A DNA stretch of 64,000 bases from a virus. The position numbers were made by a program, and so were the translations under genes. Each line of letters starts with the position of its first letter. Position 1 is the first letter of the stretch. Of this stretch, positions 55,201 to 64,000 are shown one piece after another. Where the stretch lies: the IMG/VR virus record IMGVR_UViG_3300029381_000501. One strand, given 5' to 3'. The notes under the pieces are model-generated. The model worked only from the letters and a program-made list of their open reading frames with translations, was not told the DNA's origin and did no database searches.

Positions 55201-58200
55201 CGCTCCAAACCGTGCTTGGTAATCATGTAGAGTTGTGCGTTTCTTAACTGCTCATCCTTATCGCTACCGCTCATGGTAGATACAACTTTCTTGAAAGTAT
55301 CATCAAGAGGCTTCGTGTATTTTCGGTCATATTCTTCTGCCTTTTGCTGTACGATACTGTCAATGCGGTTCTGCGCCTGCAATGGATTGAAGGCAGAAGG
55401 AATATCCGTCCACGCATTCTTTTCACCAGAGATTATTTCCATAGCCTCTTGCAAAGACTGCATATTATCAACGGTACTTTCCTTGAAAGCATAGAGTTTT
55501 GTTCCGAGTCTGCGGTTATACTCCTCAATCTTAGATGCAGTCATAGGGGAGGTGCGGAAATGCACTTTTCCATCGGTAGCCTCCTCGAAGTCCTTATGAT
55601 TCAAGTCGAGCAGATAACCATGGTTCTTACCATCATTATCAAAGAACATTCCGTTTCTCTCTACGATGCTAGGCGTGTTGTCTCTCTCCAACTTATGCAG
55701 CAAGGCATTTCTTCTGATAGCAAAGTAACCATCACTCTCAGGATGTTTGGAGTAATTCTTGGCGAGCCACAAGAGATACTTAATATCCTTCGTGTTCGGC
55801 GCCACACGGTAGCCGATTTCTCTAAAGATATTTGTTACCTTGTTTTTCAGGTTATTCCAAAGCCCATGCTCGCCGTGTCCTTCTTCTGCCATTCTAGCAA
55901 TAGCCTCTTCAATGGCATTTCTGTAATCGAATGGGTTGTACTGTAGTTCCTTAACGACGAGTTTTTTGAGGTCGGCGTATTCCGGCTTATCAAGATTGAA
56001 GTAAATATCATCAAGGAATTTATCGTAGTTGTCGTTACCGAACAGTTCACGCATTCCTTTATGACCCACGATTTCGTGCCATACTGTTTTCTCAGCTGTG
56101 TAGCTGTCATGTACGTTTGGCATATACAGCACAACTTCACCTGTGCGTTCATCGTACCATCCTTCTACCTTTTCACCCTTTTCAAGCCTTGCCTTAGCCT
56201 CGGCATTGGTAACATCTTCGACACTTTGCAACATCTTGACTTTGCCGCCCGTAGCCTTTGCAACCTTTGCAACATGCTTTACTACAGCAGGAGCATCTTT
56301 AGAAATTGACACAGGTGAATTGTTATCATTTCTAAAATAAATCTCTTCATCTGTTAAATTTTTGCTTTCTTCAAGCAATTTCTTCCCAGAATCGTATGAT
56401 TTCTCAACTCCATTTAGTAACTTTGCAACAGATATAGAGTTGCTTGGTGCATCCGAATGTGGTTTGTCGGGATTCTCTCGCTCTCCAGGGGAGCCAAGTA
56501 ACTCTATTTTTGTTACCTCATAACTATGAGGCTTGTTTTCTTCACCACCTCTAAACTCTTGCATGGTTGTTTTCACACGGTATGTCTTGCCGTCCAATTG
56601 TACGGCACCATACAAACGATGAACCAAAATATTGTCACCGTATCCATTTTCTATGCTGCGATTTCTATTTTCATCCTTGTTGTAGTCTGGGTGAATCTCC
56701 GCTTCGATACTCTCGTGAATAACATCTGTAAGCTTTGGAAGAACGGAAAGATGAATATCAAGACCATCGCTCTTCTTCACAGCACTCTCAGACAAGTATT
56801 TTTCAACAGCCTTTTTACTAATAGTATAAGGCGTTCCATCACGCATTGTAGGCAATTCCGATTTTCCTGTAGTTACAAGATTATCTTTCGCCCATGCCTT
56901 TGCATTTGCCAATATCTCATTCTCGGTAACTCCAAAGCTATGTTTTTCCACCGGCACAACATTAACGCTTTCCTTATTCAGGTTAGGCATAACAATACCT
57001 TTTTCCTCTACAGCTCTGTCTCTTACTCCATCAAAATTCTCCTTGGAGTCTGAGAATGTCTTGCCTAGTTCCATACGGAAGTGGGTGCTGCCGTTGGTCT
57101 TTGATGCGATATATCTCTGCATTTCATCCTCTGTCATACCGGCAAGCTTGCAAGACAGTTTCTTCAACTCATCAAACACCGCCTGCTTGTTTTCCTGATA
57201 CTCCAGCTTTTGAAGCTCATCATATTTGGTGTAATAGTTAGCCATCTTATCTCTCCAGTAGTTCGGTTTGTCACTGCCAGTGAAAGATATACCATAGTTC
57301 ATCCAAGAACCAGCCAAAGACACATCAATACCTGTCTTACCATAAGAAACGTTTTTTACGCCCTTGATTTCCATAATATCCTTGACAGCAGCCTTGGCTT
57401 TCTTCTGCATTTTGAGATTCGTATCAATGATACGCTCAGGCATTTCAATATCCCGAAGATCATTGAAAAAATCTTCAATCTTATCGTAATGACCGCTCAG
57501 ATCAATCTTTTCAGGATAACCTGCCTTGCTTCTCAAAGCGGCATCGGAAATCTTATCCAATACAACTACTCGGCATGCAACTCTGGTTCCTGCCTGCTGG
57601 AAAAGGATATCAGGAAGATTTACCTCAGCACGCATGGCAACGTTCTTCTGCTCGTTATACCACTTGTCAAACTTCTTGTCTGTTGAGCCTCTAGGTATGA
57701 TTGCTACGATACGACCTCCTTCATCCAAGTGCTTGAATGCCTTGTCAACATGTTGGATAGCCAATGCGCCAGCCTTGCCGAAAGGAGGATTCATTACAAT
57801 TACATCGTGCTTGTTGTTCAATGCGTAGTTCTCAAACGTATTGTTCAAGAACTTTCTGCCCAAGCCGCCAGCCTTCAACTGCAACTTCGTGAAGAGACTT
57901 TGACTAGGCTCGATGCTTACCATTTCGTTAGTCTTAGGCACGTATCTTGCGATGGCTCCATGACCGGCACTAGGCTCCAATACAGAGTCACCTTCACCCA
58001 ATCCTGCCCATTCTACCATCTTGTAGCCAAGAGGCTCTGGGGTAGGGAAGTAGTCGCTACCTTCACGATTGTTCTTGTTTAGTTTCTGATTGCTGTAATA
58101 ATCAAGCACTGCATTATCGAATGGATCATTCTCACTTGGTGTTGCTGCATCAAATTCCTTTCCGCCTACACCCTGGTTCTCTACCGGTACAATACCGCTA

Positions 58201-61200
58201 TGTTCCAAGATACCATTGGCGAAACTGTCACGCAAGTTTCTTGCCTGACTGCCCAATGCAAGGTTCTCGGTAGTACTTACCTGATTATTGAACTTTTCTC
58301 CAAAAAGCATCATTTCAGAGTTGAGACCCAATATAGGGTACTCAAAGATGGCATTGCTCATATTACCGATACGGTAAATGCGACCTTCAATCTGCAAGGC
58401 TGTGATAGGACTCTGAGGCAATGCGAGGGTGATACAGACACGCTGGTGCTTGCTTGTGGTATCATGAAGTGAGATTCCTTCCTTTCCAGAAGCTTCCTGA
58501 ATCACGATGATATTCTTGCCGCTATCGTCATCATTAAAGGTATCAACCGCCTTATCCTTCACCTTCTTGCTTTCCTTTCCGCTGAAGAACAACACATTCT
58601 TCTCTCCAAACACCTTGGCAATCTGTTCTCTTGGCATACTGTAGTCAAGAGTCTTCTCCCATTCCAGAAGGTCTGCATACTTGTTTCGGAACTCGGTGCA
58701 TTCCTTGATGTATTCGTCACGCTCCTTGCCTGGTTTCATCATCTTGATCTGCTCGTTGGCAACTCTAAGCATGTAAGCAAATGGAGCCTCCAAAGGTTCC
58801 TTGCTCTCTACACGGCGATGGAAGATAACAACCTTTCTACCCAAATCCAAGTGCTGTTTGATTCTGTCAATGGCAGCAGATACTTTCATAGTCTCGAAAA
58901 GGGCACTGCCATAATTGTAATCACCGATGGTCTTGCTGTACGCATCATGCAGATACTTTGTCTTCAATGTGTCCTGCACCGCATGATTGAAATCCTCGGC
59001 ATGATCAGGAGCCACGGTAGGGAAGTCTCTAGAATAGTCGTAAGGACTATCAATAATTCTTCCGCTCATTGTGCCAAGTGTGTTCTGCAAGTAATCAGAG
59101 AAAGCAACCTCCTGCTTGGCTACGGCATCCGGGTTACTGATGCTCTGCTCCAGACGATGGTAGCGGAACTTGTATGCAGCGCCAAAGTGATTAAGATAGA
59201 ACTGGGTTCTTCCAGCCATTCCTCTCTCGTCCGTTTCCGGGTACTTAAAGATATAGCCCTCAACATAATCAAGATTCTCTCTAGTATTGAAAGGTGTAGC
59301 AGATAGGAATATGGTCTTTGTGTTTTTCCATGAATCCTTTGCCTGCTCTTTCAGTTTAGGCTCTACCTTATTATATGTATCCCTTGCCTTGATGAAATCC
59401 TGATATGCTTTTCCAAGCTTAGGGAAAGTCATTCCGTCGGCAGGAGCAAAGCTGTTCAAATCCCTTGGAAGGCTCTTTAATGTGGCATTATCCACATCTC
59501 TGTCTGTAGCACTTGGATGACTATTCTTGTACTCTTTCTTTATGCGTTCGATTTCCTTTATTCTTAACGCATCAAATTTTTCAGCAGCACCATTCATTTT
59601 TTGATACTCAGGGTTGATGCTCTGCAATCTCTGGAAACAATGATTCTCGTCACGATTGGTAACCATGTAGTGCTGCATGCTTCTGGCAGTTTCAGTACCC
59701 TTCTTGTTTTCCATGATACGGTGGCACTCGTCATAGATAACGGCATCCCATTCTGTTTCAAGAAGTTTCTTATTCAGACCAAAGTTTGCAAATGTAGTGA
59801 TTACCATTCCTTCTCCACTTTCTGTAGTAGCAGTGGTTCCACGCATTTTTGCCCAGGAGTCAAGATCCTTAATGTCCAGACCAAGATTCTTTCCGTCCTT
59901 TATCCAGTCGGAAACCTTCTTCTGGCTAGGAGTAATAAAGAGTATTCTGCCTTTGCCCTGCTTAGCCAATCGCTTAGCAATGCCAAGACCTGTGTATGTT
60001 TTTCCTGTACCAGTTCCATTGGTAAACAGGTAGCCCTTACCGTAAGCATGTTCACGGTCTGTATGTTCCTTTCCGAAGAACTGAGTTTCAGCCTTCAATA
60101 CGTCTTCCTGCTGCTGAGGCAAGAGATAAGGCAAAGTCTCCTCGATGTTCTTCATGTCGCCCACCTTCACTTCGATAGGTTCGGCTTCCATCTGTCTCTT
60201 ATACTTCTCTTCAAGAGGTTCTTTTAGCTTCTTTTTCAGCTGCTGGTTTCCATAGATGCTGCTCCACTCCCTGATTGTATGGGTCTCACCATCCATTTCG
60301 TAAGGAGTGTTCCAATAGTCTTCAATGAATCTGTCAATATCATCATCACTAAGACCTATCATTTTCAGCTCCTCGCCTTCCTCGGCAAGCATGGCAGCTT
60401 TCCACTCGTTGAACTTGTAGATACCCTCCTTAATCTTCAAGACAGCACCGTTAAGGTGCATCTTTACCAACTCAGGCAGCATTTCTATTTGCTCTGGTGT
60501 AAGGTTGAGCTTCTTGAAAGGAGTCAGGGCAATCTTGGCATAGCCTTGCCCTGCCTTCTTCCATCTAGCCCAGAAGTCTTTCTTCTTCTTCTCATAGTCA
60601 GCTCTTTCCTGCTTTAGCCGTTCTGCTGTGCTATCTGGGAAAGTAGTTCCTTGCTTGGCTGTAGGCTTCCGTCCTGCATTCGTGTCAGCAGGTCTGTTGC
60701 TGCTTTCACGTCCACTTCCTCCAGATACATGTCCATTTCCGCTAGCTGAACCGCCTCCGTTGGTGTCAGAACCTCCGGCAGGTACTGCGCCCACTCCGGA
60801 TGAATTTCCTTCACCTTGCTTATTGCCTTGTTCTCCAGCAGATAGAGTAGTGTCGTTCTGATTACTCTCTCCGCCATTTCGCTCTCCGGGTGCAGCTTCG
60901 TTGCCTGTTCCTCTATCCACTGGTCCATCAGGTCTTCCGCTTTCTCGTCCTCGTCCCAGTCCCAATCCTTCGCCGCCTGTAGTATCGGCAGCATCCAGCT
61001 GTGTTCCGTTTTCTGTTCCGCTATTGTCGGAAACATTCTCATGTCTATTTCTAACATCGTTCCAAATTTTAAAGTAAGATATTGCGTTTATGATATTGCT
61101 CTTGTCGCCACGCAAATATGCGAGTGCGGCAGGTATCAATTCTTTATTTTCCTCAGAGGTCAGTTCATTAATCTCTGATTCCGTGAGAGGGTTCTTTGAA

Positions 61201-63998
61201 GAAACAGCTTCTCGTTCCTCCAAGTCCATCTGTTCCCAAGGCTTGTCGATTATATCAGCCTCAGCCTTTCCTATCTCTTCGGCGATAATCTTCTGTCTCT
61301 CAGCAAGACCTTTACCCTCTTGCTTCAATCTGTCGTCTAAGAGATGCTTCAATTCCTTGGCAGCCGTGGTGGTCCGCTCTGCATCACCGCTTTCCTTGGC
61401 GGCAGCATAATCTTGTCGAGCCTTGCCAATCTTCAAGTTCATGGCAAATTCACCTTTCTGCTTCTGCTCTTCATGGAATGCGTCAGCAGCCTGCTTCAAA
61501 CCTTCCATAGGATCTGCGGACGGTTCTTTTGAGTCTTTCTTAACGGAATCCTTTGCTGATTCAAGTTCTTTATTCCACATGTCAGCCACAGATGCCTCGT
61601 CAAGAACACCGTTCATATTCTGGTGATCTTTATACGCAAACTCAAATTCACCTTCTGCTGCTTTGATCTCCTTCTCACTCTTGGCTTCTTTTAAAGCCTT
61701 TACGTATTTTTCCTTAGCTCTATCAAGTTTTTCCTGATGATCTCTAATTTCCTTTGGAGTAAAGCCTGCTGAATTTGGCTTGTCTTCATCCTCAGACTTT
61801 ACTCTTCCTTCTCCTGCTTCTGCTGGTTCATTTCCTCCTGATGCTTCTTGTTGAGGTTTTTCAACGCCTGAAACATCATTGCCTCCTTCATTTTCTGAAT
61901 GTCCTGTTCCATAATCTTGCCATTTTTTAAAGTTCAAATACTCATTAATTAACTCTTCCTTGGTAGGAGCTGCCTCAAAGATACTGCCCTCGCCAGTGTT
62001 TCTTGCTGCTGCGATGCGGTTGTATTCGTCAAGCAAATCTCTGAAATCTGCAACCTTGCCTTCCAGAGCCAAAGCCATCATCTGAGAGATAGAAGGGTAG
62101 CGCTTAGCCGCATCCTCACCGAACATGTCTGGTGTTCTCAGCAACGTATCAACCTTATTACCGCCCTGTCTTGCCTCATAGAGCAATTGGATAGCCTGAT
62201 CAATCTCATCACGAAGAGAGAACTCGCCCAACTTCATGTTGTCCATTACCGAGCGGATAGCGTTGATAGCCTTATTCTTCACCGTAGAGTCGATGCCTAG
62301 CATTCTGATAGTCTCTGGCTTGAAGATTGAACCCAAAAGAAGGTTCTTCACATACTCCCTGCCTTGTGCGGAAAGCCGCTCAGGACTATCCATCATCTGT
62401 GCCACCTCGTTCTGTCCGATGATGCCTTTATCTACTAACGTCTTCACCAAGTCATTTATTGCCTTGGAATTGTTAAAGAAAGCATCAAGAGAACCATTTC
62501 CTTCAATCTCGGCAACAATCGCGCCTACTTCGTCAGAAGTCAAGGTCTTAGCATTCTTAACAGCCTGTTCTGTATTACTTTCGCTCTTTGTCTCTTTCTT
62601 GTTAAACAAGTCGAATGTCTTACTGTTGAGTGGAAGCTTCTCGTCAGGAACAAAGTAAACAATACCTTTGAATCCAGCTCCCTTAATCTGTTCTGGAGTC
62701 CAACCGAAACCTTCTGCATTATCCTCCAAATCCTCATAGTACTTACTGTCTTTTCCGGCTTGCTCTGCCAGTTTCTTACCCATTACAGTACCATTACCGC
62801 TAAGAGTAATACCTTCCTGTACGACTGGAACGTTCTTCAAGGCAAGTCCATTGAAATCATTTCCTATCTTCTGCGTAAACAGACGTGACTCCTTATCCCG
62901 GTAAGAACGAGAATTGGAAGATGTTCCATCTTCGTTAACAGGGAATCCCTCGCTTTGTTTGAAGTCGTTGAATGGATCATGCGAAGTGGTAAGACCAGAA
63001 GTTTCACCATAATAATATGTACCACGAATCTTCGTTCCATCTGCTAAGGTGATAGAACCTCTTCTACCTTTAATCTTTTTGGAAGCCTCGAATCTTTCTT
63101 TTACTTTAGGTGAAACCACACCAGCTTCCTGCGCTACACCATCAGCAGCTCTTTCTGGTTCAACTGGTCTTTCCACGGTCTCAGCCACCTTCTTGGCAGT
63201 CATTGCCTTTTTGATATTCTGAGCGTGGTCCAACTGCTTCTTGGCAGCTTCAATGGTCTGATTCTTCAAAGCCTCCTGCTCCATGATGTCGTTAGGCTCG
63301 GCGGTATAGTCCACCTTCATCTTCTCGGCATCCTTCAAAGCATTCTCAGCCTTCTTAATCTGTCCGTCCACCACCTTCTCAGCATTCTCCCCGAAATCCT
63401 CAGTAAGAATCTCCGCACTCTGTTCAGGAGTCATACTAGCATAGTCTGGCGTAGGCCTTCCCTTGCTATCCGTAGCCATAGGAACATCGGAACCATCGGC
63501 AAACTTTCGGGTCTGCTGAGGCTGCTCTTGTGGTGCTAAGTTCTCATTTGTGGTATTATCTTTGTCCGATGTGGTATCAACTTTTGTTAAAGTGGTATCA
63601 TCTTTTGTTAAATCACCCCCATTTGTGGTACTATCTTCCGGTTTTGTGGTATTATATTTTGGTGCCTCCTGCTCCTGCTGAGGCTTGGCTGCATCCTGCA
63701 TAGCCTGCTCTTGTGCCGCCTGATTGTAAGGCTCAGAGTTCTTCATCTGCAATCTCTGACGATATTCTGCAGCAAACTGTTCGATAGGCTGGTTTTGGAG
63801 CAGAGTAACCTCGTCTGCCTTCACGTAAACCATTTCCTTTGTATTAGGATCTAAGCAGACAAGCATATCGCCGCTGCCTTCCTTGGCTCTACCTGTAGTC
63901 TGGTCGAAGGCAACATCACCCGAACCAACAAGAAATGTTCTTCCGTTGCTGTCCTGCACGTACAAAGCCTGTTCGCCATTCATTGGCTGACCGTTCAA
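52260..63998 (-). CDS. Giant polyvalent protein (at least 3912 aa; ORF reaches the window edge so the N-terminus may lie outside): DExH/SNF2-type helicase + N6-adenine DNA methyltransferase + HExxH zincin domain + C-terminal anchoring-like domain; DarB-like anti-restriction protein candidate
   Basis: Helicase motif I 'TNGTGTGKTYTG' (~60010), motif II 'YDECH' (~59715), motif VI 'QIEGRIYRIG' (~58380); MTase motif I 'LEPSAGHGA' (~57965) and 'NPPFG' (~57785); 'VWHEIVGHKGM' HExxH (~56070); long disordered S/T/G/N/E-rich N-terminal third; uninterrupted 11.7-kb ORF. Confidence 0.75.
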   Translation of the reverse strand: MNGQPMNGEQALYVQDSNGRTFLVGSGDVAFDQTTGRAKEGSGDMLVCLDPNTKEMVYVKADEVTLLQNQPIEQFAAEYRQRLQMKNSEPYNQAAQEQAMQDAAKPQQEQEAPKYNTTKPEDSTTNGGDLTKDDTTLTKVDTTSDKDNTTNENLAPQEQPQQTRKFADGSDVPMATDSKGRPTPDYASMTPEQSAEILTEDFGENAEKVVDGQIKKAENALKDAEKMKVDYTAEPNDIMEQEALKNQTIEAAKKQLDHAQNIKKAMTAKKVAETVERPVEPERAADGVAQEAGVVSPKVKERFEASKKIKGRRGSITLADGTKIRGTYYYGETSGLTTSHDPFNDFKQSEGFPVNEDGTSSNSRSYRDKESRLFTQKIGNDFNGLALKNVPVVQEGITLSGNGTVMGKKLAEQAGKDSKYYEDLEDNAEGFGWTPEQIKGAGFKGIVYFVPDEKLPLNSKTFDLFNKKETKSESNTEQAVKNAKTLTSDEVGAIVAEIEGNGSLDAFFNNSKAINDLVKTLVDKGIIGQNEVAQMMDSPERLSAQGREYVKNLLLGSIFKPETIRMLGIDSTVKNKAINAIRSVMDNMKLGEFSLRDEIDQAIQLLYEARQGGNKVDTLLRTPDMFGEDAAKRYPSISQMMALALEGKVADFRDLLDEYNRIAAARNTGEGSIFEAAPTKEELINEYLNFKKWQDYGTGHSENEGGNDVSGVEKPQQEASGGNEPAEAGEGRVKSEDEDKPNSAGFTPKEIRDHQEKLDRAKEKYVKALKEAKSEKEIKAAEGEFEFAYKDHQNMNGVLDEASVADMWNKELESAKDSVKKDSKEPSADPMEGLKQAADAFHEEQKQKGEFAMNLKIGKARQDYAAAKESGDAERTTTAAKELKHLLDDRLKQEGKGLAERQKIIAEEIGKAEADIIDKPWEQMDLEEREAVSSKNPLTESEINELTSEENKELIPAALAYLRGDKSNIINAISYFKIWNDVRNRHENVSDNSGTENGTQLDAADTTGGEGLGLGRGRESGRPDGPVDRGTGNEAAPGERNGGESNQNDTTLSAGEQGNKQGEGNSSGVGAVPAGGSDTNGGGSASGNGHVSGGSGRESSNRPADTNAGRKPTAKQGTTFPDSTAERLKQERADYEKKKKDFWARWKKAGQGYAKIALTPFKKLNLTPEQIEMLPELVKMHLNGAVLKIKEGIYKFNEWKAAMLAEEGEELKMIGLSDDDIDRFIEDYWNTPYEMDGETHTIREWSSIYGNQQLKKKLKEPLEEKYKRQMEAEPIEVKVGDMKNIEETLPYLLPQQQEDVLKAETQFFGKEHTDREHAYGKGYLFTNGTGTGKTYTGLGIAKRLAKQGKGRILFITPSQKKVSDWIKDGKNLGLDIKDLDSWAKMRGTTATTESGEGMVITTFANFGLNKKLLETEWDAVIYDECHRIMENKKGTETARSMQHYMVTNRDENHCFQRLQSINPEYQKMNGAAEKFDALRIKEIERIKKEYKNSHPSATDRDVDNATLKSLPRDLNSFAPADGMTFPKLGKAYQDFIKARDTYNKVEPKLKEQAKDSWKNTKTIFLSATPFNTRENLDYVEGYIFKYPETDERGMAGRTQFYLNHFGAAYKFRYHRLEQSISNPDAVAKQEVAFSDYLQNTLGTMSGRIIDSPYDYSRDFPTVAPDHAEDFNHAVQDTLKTKYLHDAYSKTIGDYNYGSALFETMKVSAAIDRIKQHLDLGRKVVIFHRRVESKEPLEAPFAYMLRVANEQIKMMKPGKERDEYIKECTEFRNKYADLLEWEKTLDYSMPREQIAKVFGEKNVLFFSGKESKKVKDKAVDTFNDDDSGKNIIVIQEASGKEGISLHDTTSKHQRVCITLALPQSPITALQIEGRIYRIGNMSNAIFEYPILGLNSEMMLFGEKFNNQVSTTENLALGSQARNLRDSFANGILEHSGIVPVENQGVGGKEFDAATPSENDPFDNAVLDYYSNQKLNKNNREGSDYFPTPEPLGYKMVEWAGLGEGDSVLEPSAGHGAIARYVPKTNEMVSIEPSQSLFTKLQLKAGGLGRKFLNNTFENYALNNKHDVIVMNPPFGKAGALAIQHVDKAFKHLDEGGRIVAIIPRGSTDKKFDKWYNEQKNVAMRAEVNLPDILFQQAGTRVACRVVVLDKISDAALRSKAGYPEKIDLSGHYDKIEDFFNDLRDIEMPERIIDTNLKMQKKAKAAVKDIMEIKGVKNVSYGKTGIDVSLAGSWMNYGISFTGSDKPNYWRDKMANYYTKYDELQKLEYQENKQAVFDELKKLSCKLAGMTEDEMQRYIASKTNGSTHFRMELGKTFSDSKENFDGVRDRAVEEKGIVMPNLNKESVNVVPVEKHSFGVTENEILANAKAWAKDNLVTTGKSELPTMRDGTPYTISKKAVEKYLSESAVKKSDGLDIHLSVLPKLTDVIHESIEAEIHPDYNKDENRNRSIENGYGDNILVHRLYGAVQLDGKTYRVKTTMQEFRGGEENKPHSYEVTKIELLGSPGERENPDKPHSDAPSNSISVAKLLNGVEKSYDSGKKLLEESKNLTDEEIYFRNDNNSPVSISKDAPAVVKHVAKVAKATGGKVKMLQSVEDVTNAEAKARLEKGEKVEGWYDERTGEVVLYMPNVHDSYTAEKTVWHEIVGHKGMRELFGNDNYDKFLDDIYFNLDKPEYADLKKLVVKELQYNPFDYRNAIEEAIARMAEEGHGEHGLWNNLKNKVTNIFREIGYRVAPNTKDIKYLLWLAKNYSKHPESDGYFAIRRNALLHKLERDNTPSIVERNGMFFDNDGKNHGYLLDLNHKDFEEATDGKVHFRTSPMTASKIEEYNRRLGTKLYAFKESTVDNMQSLQEAMEIISGEKNAWTDIPSAFNPLQAQNRIDSIVQQKAEEYDRKYTKPLDDTFKKVVSTMSGSDKDEQLRNAQLYMITKHGLERNRVFFVRDAIRDMMNDDVTKAKTLMKDWNDKQKDLADELEKGNIRFDEYLEQMDEWIRSNVDVNFVADEHDYSGFHGMQNIAKTSDPYDDKLAIDNVMSAESQMGSDLAKDFWIKKKAATDYVIDQEYYNGFIDQSDRDYLKGMFQWYVPLRKFDDTTAEDVYGYIGEKGDPSNFVGPVLANAKGRSSLSDINVMAQISAMAKSSLINGGKNVVKQHFARFVSAYETGNTKDKIFVEVNPWLEKHVVDGKEVWEEVTPQIPENATQQQISNILQNFEDSMQAKKATGDAKLSHRKPNIGFKFQRAKDKSEHIIDVYIAGRKRSFVCQGNPRAAQALNGLLKDSGTRNAVTQFDAKVTRKIAQFNTSLNPDFMMSNMLRDLTFASANVTKEGFSYTKDFLKEYAGNMISIKNGKGSGNYLTMFRKYRDGKLDTNNERERMFKEFMDNGGQTGFVQIKKLESLIEEYDNLIKKGSKDADGWFVKKIKEGGTFIEAANEIIENVARYSTYCTSRKHGRSVGRSIYDAKEVSTNFNRHGSGDAIKTLKTSNDSNIDKKFRGTLGFFNSWMKNHTQFYNAGVQGANLFFKNYKSAWKTSAVSFGMLPLGLGIAQALINQYLINNEDEKDRKGVKDPYAELPEWKRRNNICIYTGHGNFKTIPIAIELRAFFGLGDIAAGYVVNDKLKSSTPIGYDILGQMAQLVPASDFLGHHSPSNNIKELGEDAILAVTPTTISPAMELAFNRDWTGRPFYRDYDYLDKAPRWKRAYDNTNGIYMSINKWANQGTNSIDSSNADMKGNETLDYLTAPYAWQHLIDSYTGGMGSTIGRTYKTLEAVGKGVISGAKNKEGFSKGFSDEFEKFDKNQIPLYRVFNYTPKEGQDMQRTRSKWYNYSDELKQTEYNIKQLKTNTPDVLKNMENNAKKFNFTHGKEGKAYNIWEAADSYISKKKRQLNKASNPEVIKSINEDINRKMQEAVNDLDKLN

Positions 63999-64000
63999 TG

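Noticed and set aside
52359-63539. Numerous 60-200-aa plus-strand ORFs inside the giant gene
   Set aside because: All are antisense to an 11.7-kb uninterrupted ORF with clear enzymatic motifs
1-64000. Alternative genetic code (TAG or TGA recoding as in some gut phages)
   Set aside because: Very long ORFs (TerL, portal, 3912-aa giant) are intact under the standard code, and TAG is used as the stop in the recurrent TAGCGTATG junctions
1-64000. Reverse transcriptase, DGR or retron elements near the tail-fibre or ncRNA regions
   Set aside because: No ORF with RT motifs (e.g. YxDD) was found and there are no template/variable repeat pairs near the fibre genes

Overview
The window reads as a nearly complete, mosaic genome segment of a temperate tailed dsDNA phage or prophage of a Bacteroidetes (Bacteroidales-type) host. 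Gene starts lack Shine-Dalgarno sequences, and many are preceded by the Bacteroides-type promoter pair TTTG (-33) and TAnnTTTG (-7).

Reading left to right:
- 1-1410: an iteron-type replication origin with two winged-helix DNA-binding genes and a RuvC-like Holliday-junction resolvase.
- 1665-3683: a NUMOD1-like HTH protein and a tyrosine integrase (minus strand).
- 4624-6455: an accessory pair, an RNase H-like protein and an SPFH/band-7 lipoprotein, behind a long leader with a GC-rich, hairpin-rich stretch.
- 6499-8511: small early genes joined by a recurrent TAGCGTATG stop/start junction.
- 8541-9290: a CI-like repressor and Cro-like divergent switch.
- 9928-10037: a tRNA-like gene carrying an ~31-nt insertion in its anticodon loop.
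- 10395-16317: a recombination module with NinG/Rap-like protein, a free-standing HNH homing endonuclease, dUTPase, a Rad50/SbcC-like ATPase with CxxC zinc hook, RecT and an MBL-fold hydrolase.
- 18518-20509: a tandem-repeat protein and a KilA-N gene with its own promoter and terminator.
- 21852-24694: a run of small plus-strand genes, including a YopX-like protein.
- 24790-26426: an excisionase-like HTH, then the lysis cassette on the minus strand (holin, T7-lysozyme-type amidase, lipoprotein with C-terminal TM that could be a unimolecular spanin).
- 27570-28446: a phage-borne rhomboid protease.
- 28528-40423: packaging and head genes (TerS candidate, TerL, portal candidate, scaffold, major capsid protein).
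- 40509-44692: tail-fibre and tail-spike genes, the last with a sharply AT-rich 3' part.
- 45155-52194: a minus-strand block of virion or ejection-type proteins, including secreted M48 and small HExxH metalloproteases, interrupted by a Bro-N gene with its own promoter and terminator.
- 52260-63998: a gigantic ORF of at least 3912 aa that runs to the window edge, so its N-terminus may lie outside the window.

The strongest candidate for a novel system is the giant ORF. It combines a DExH/SNF2-like helicase, an N6-adenine methyltransferase and an HExxH zincin domain, the architecture of a DarB-like polyvalent anti-restriction protein. Its C-terminal ~280-aa domain is duplicated as a stand-alone gene (48752-49606), and two exported proteases sit immediately downstream.

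Also notable is a tandem ACGGAAA-C-ACGGAAA element sitting exactly 22 nt upstream of the -7 box of three late operons (holin, portal/terminase, scaffold/capsid).
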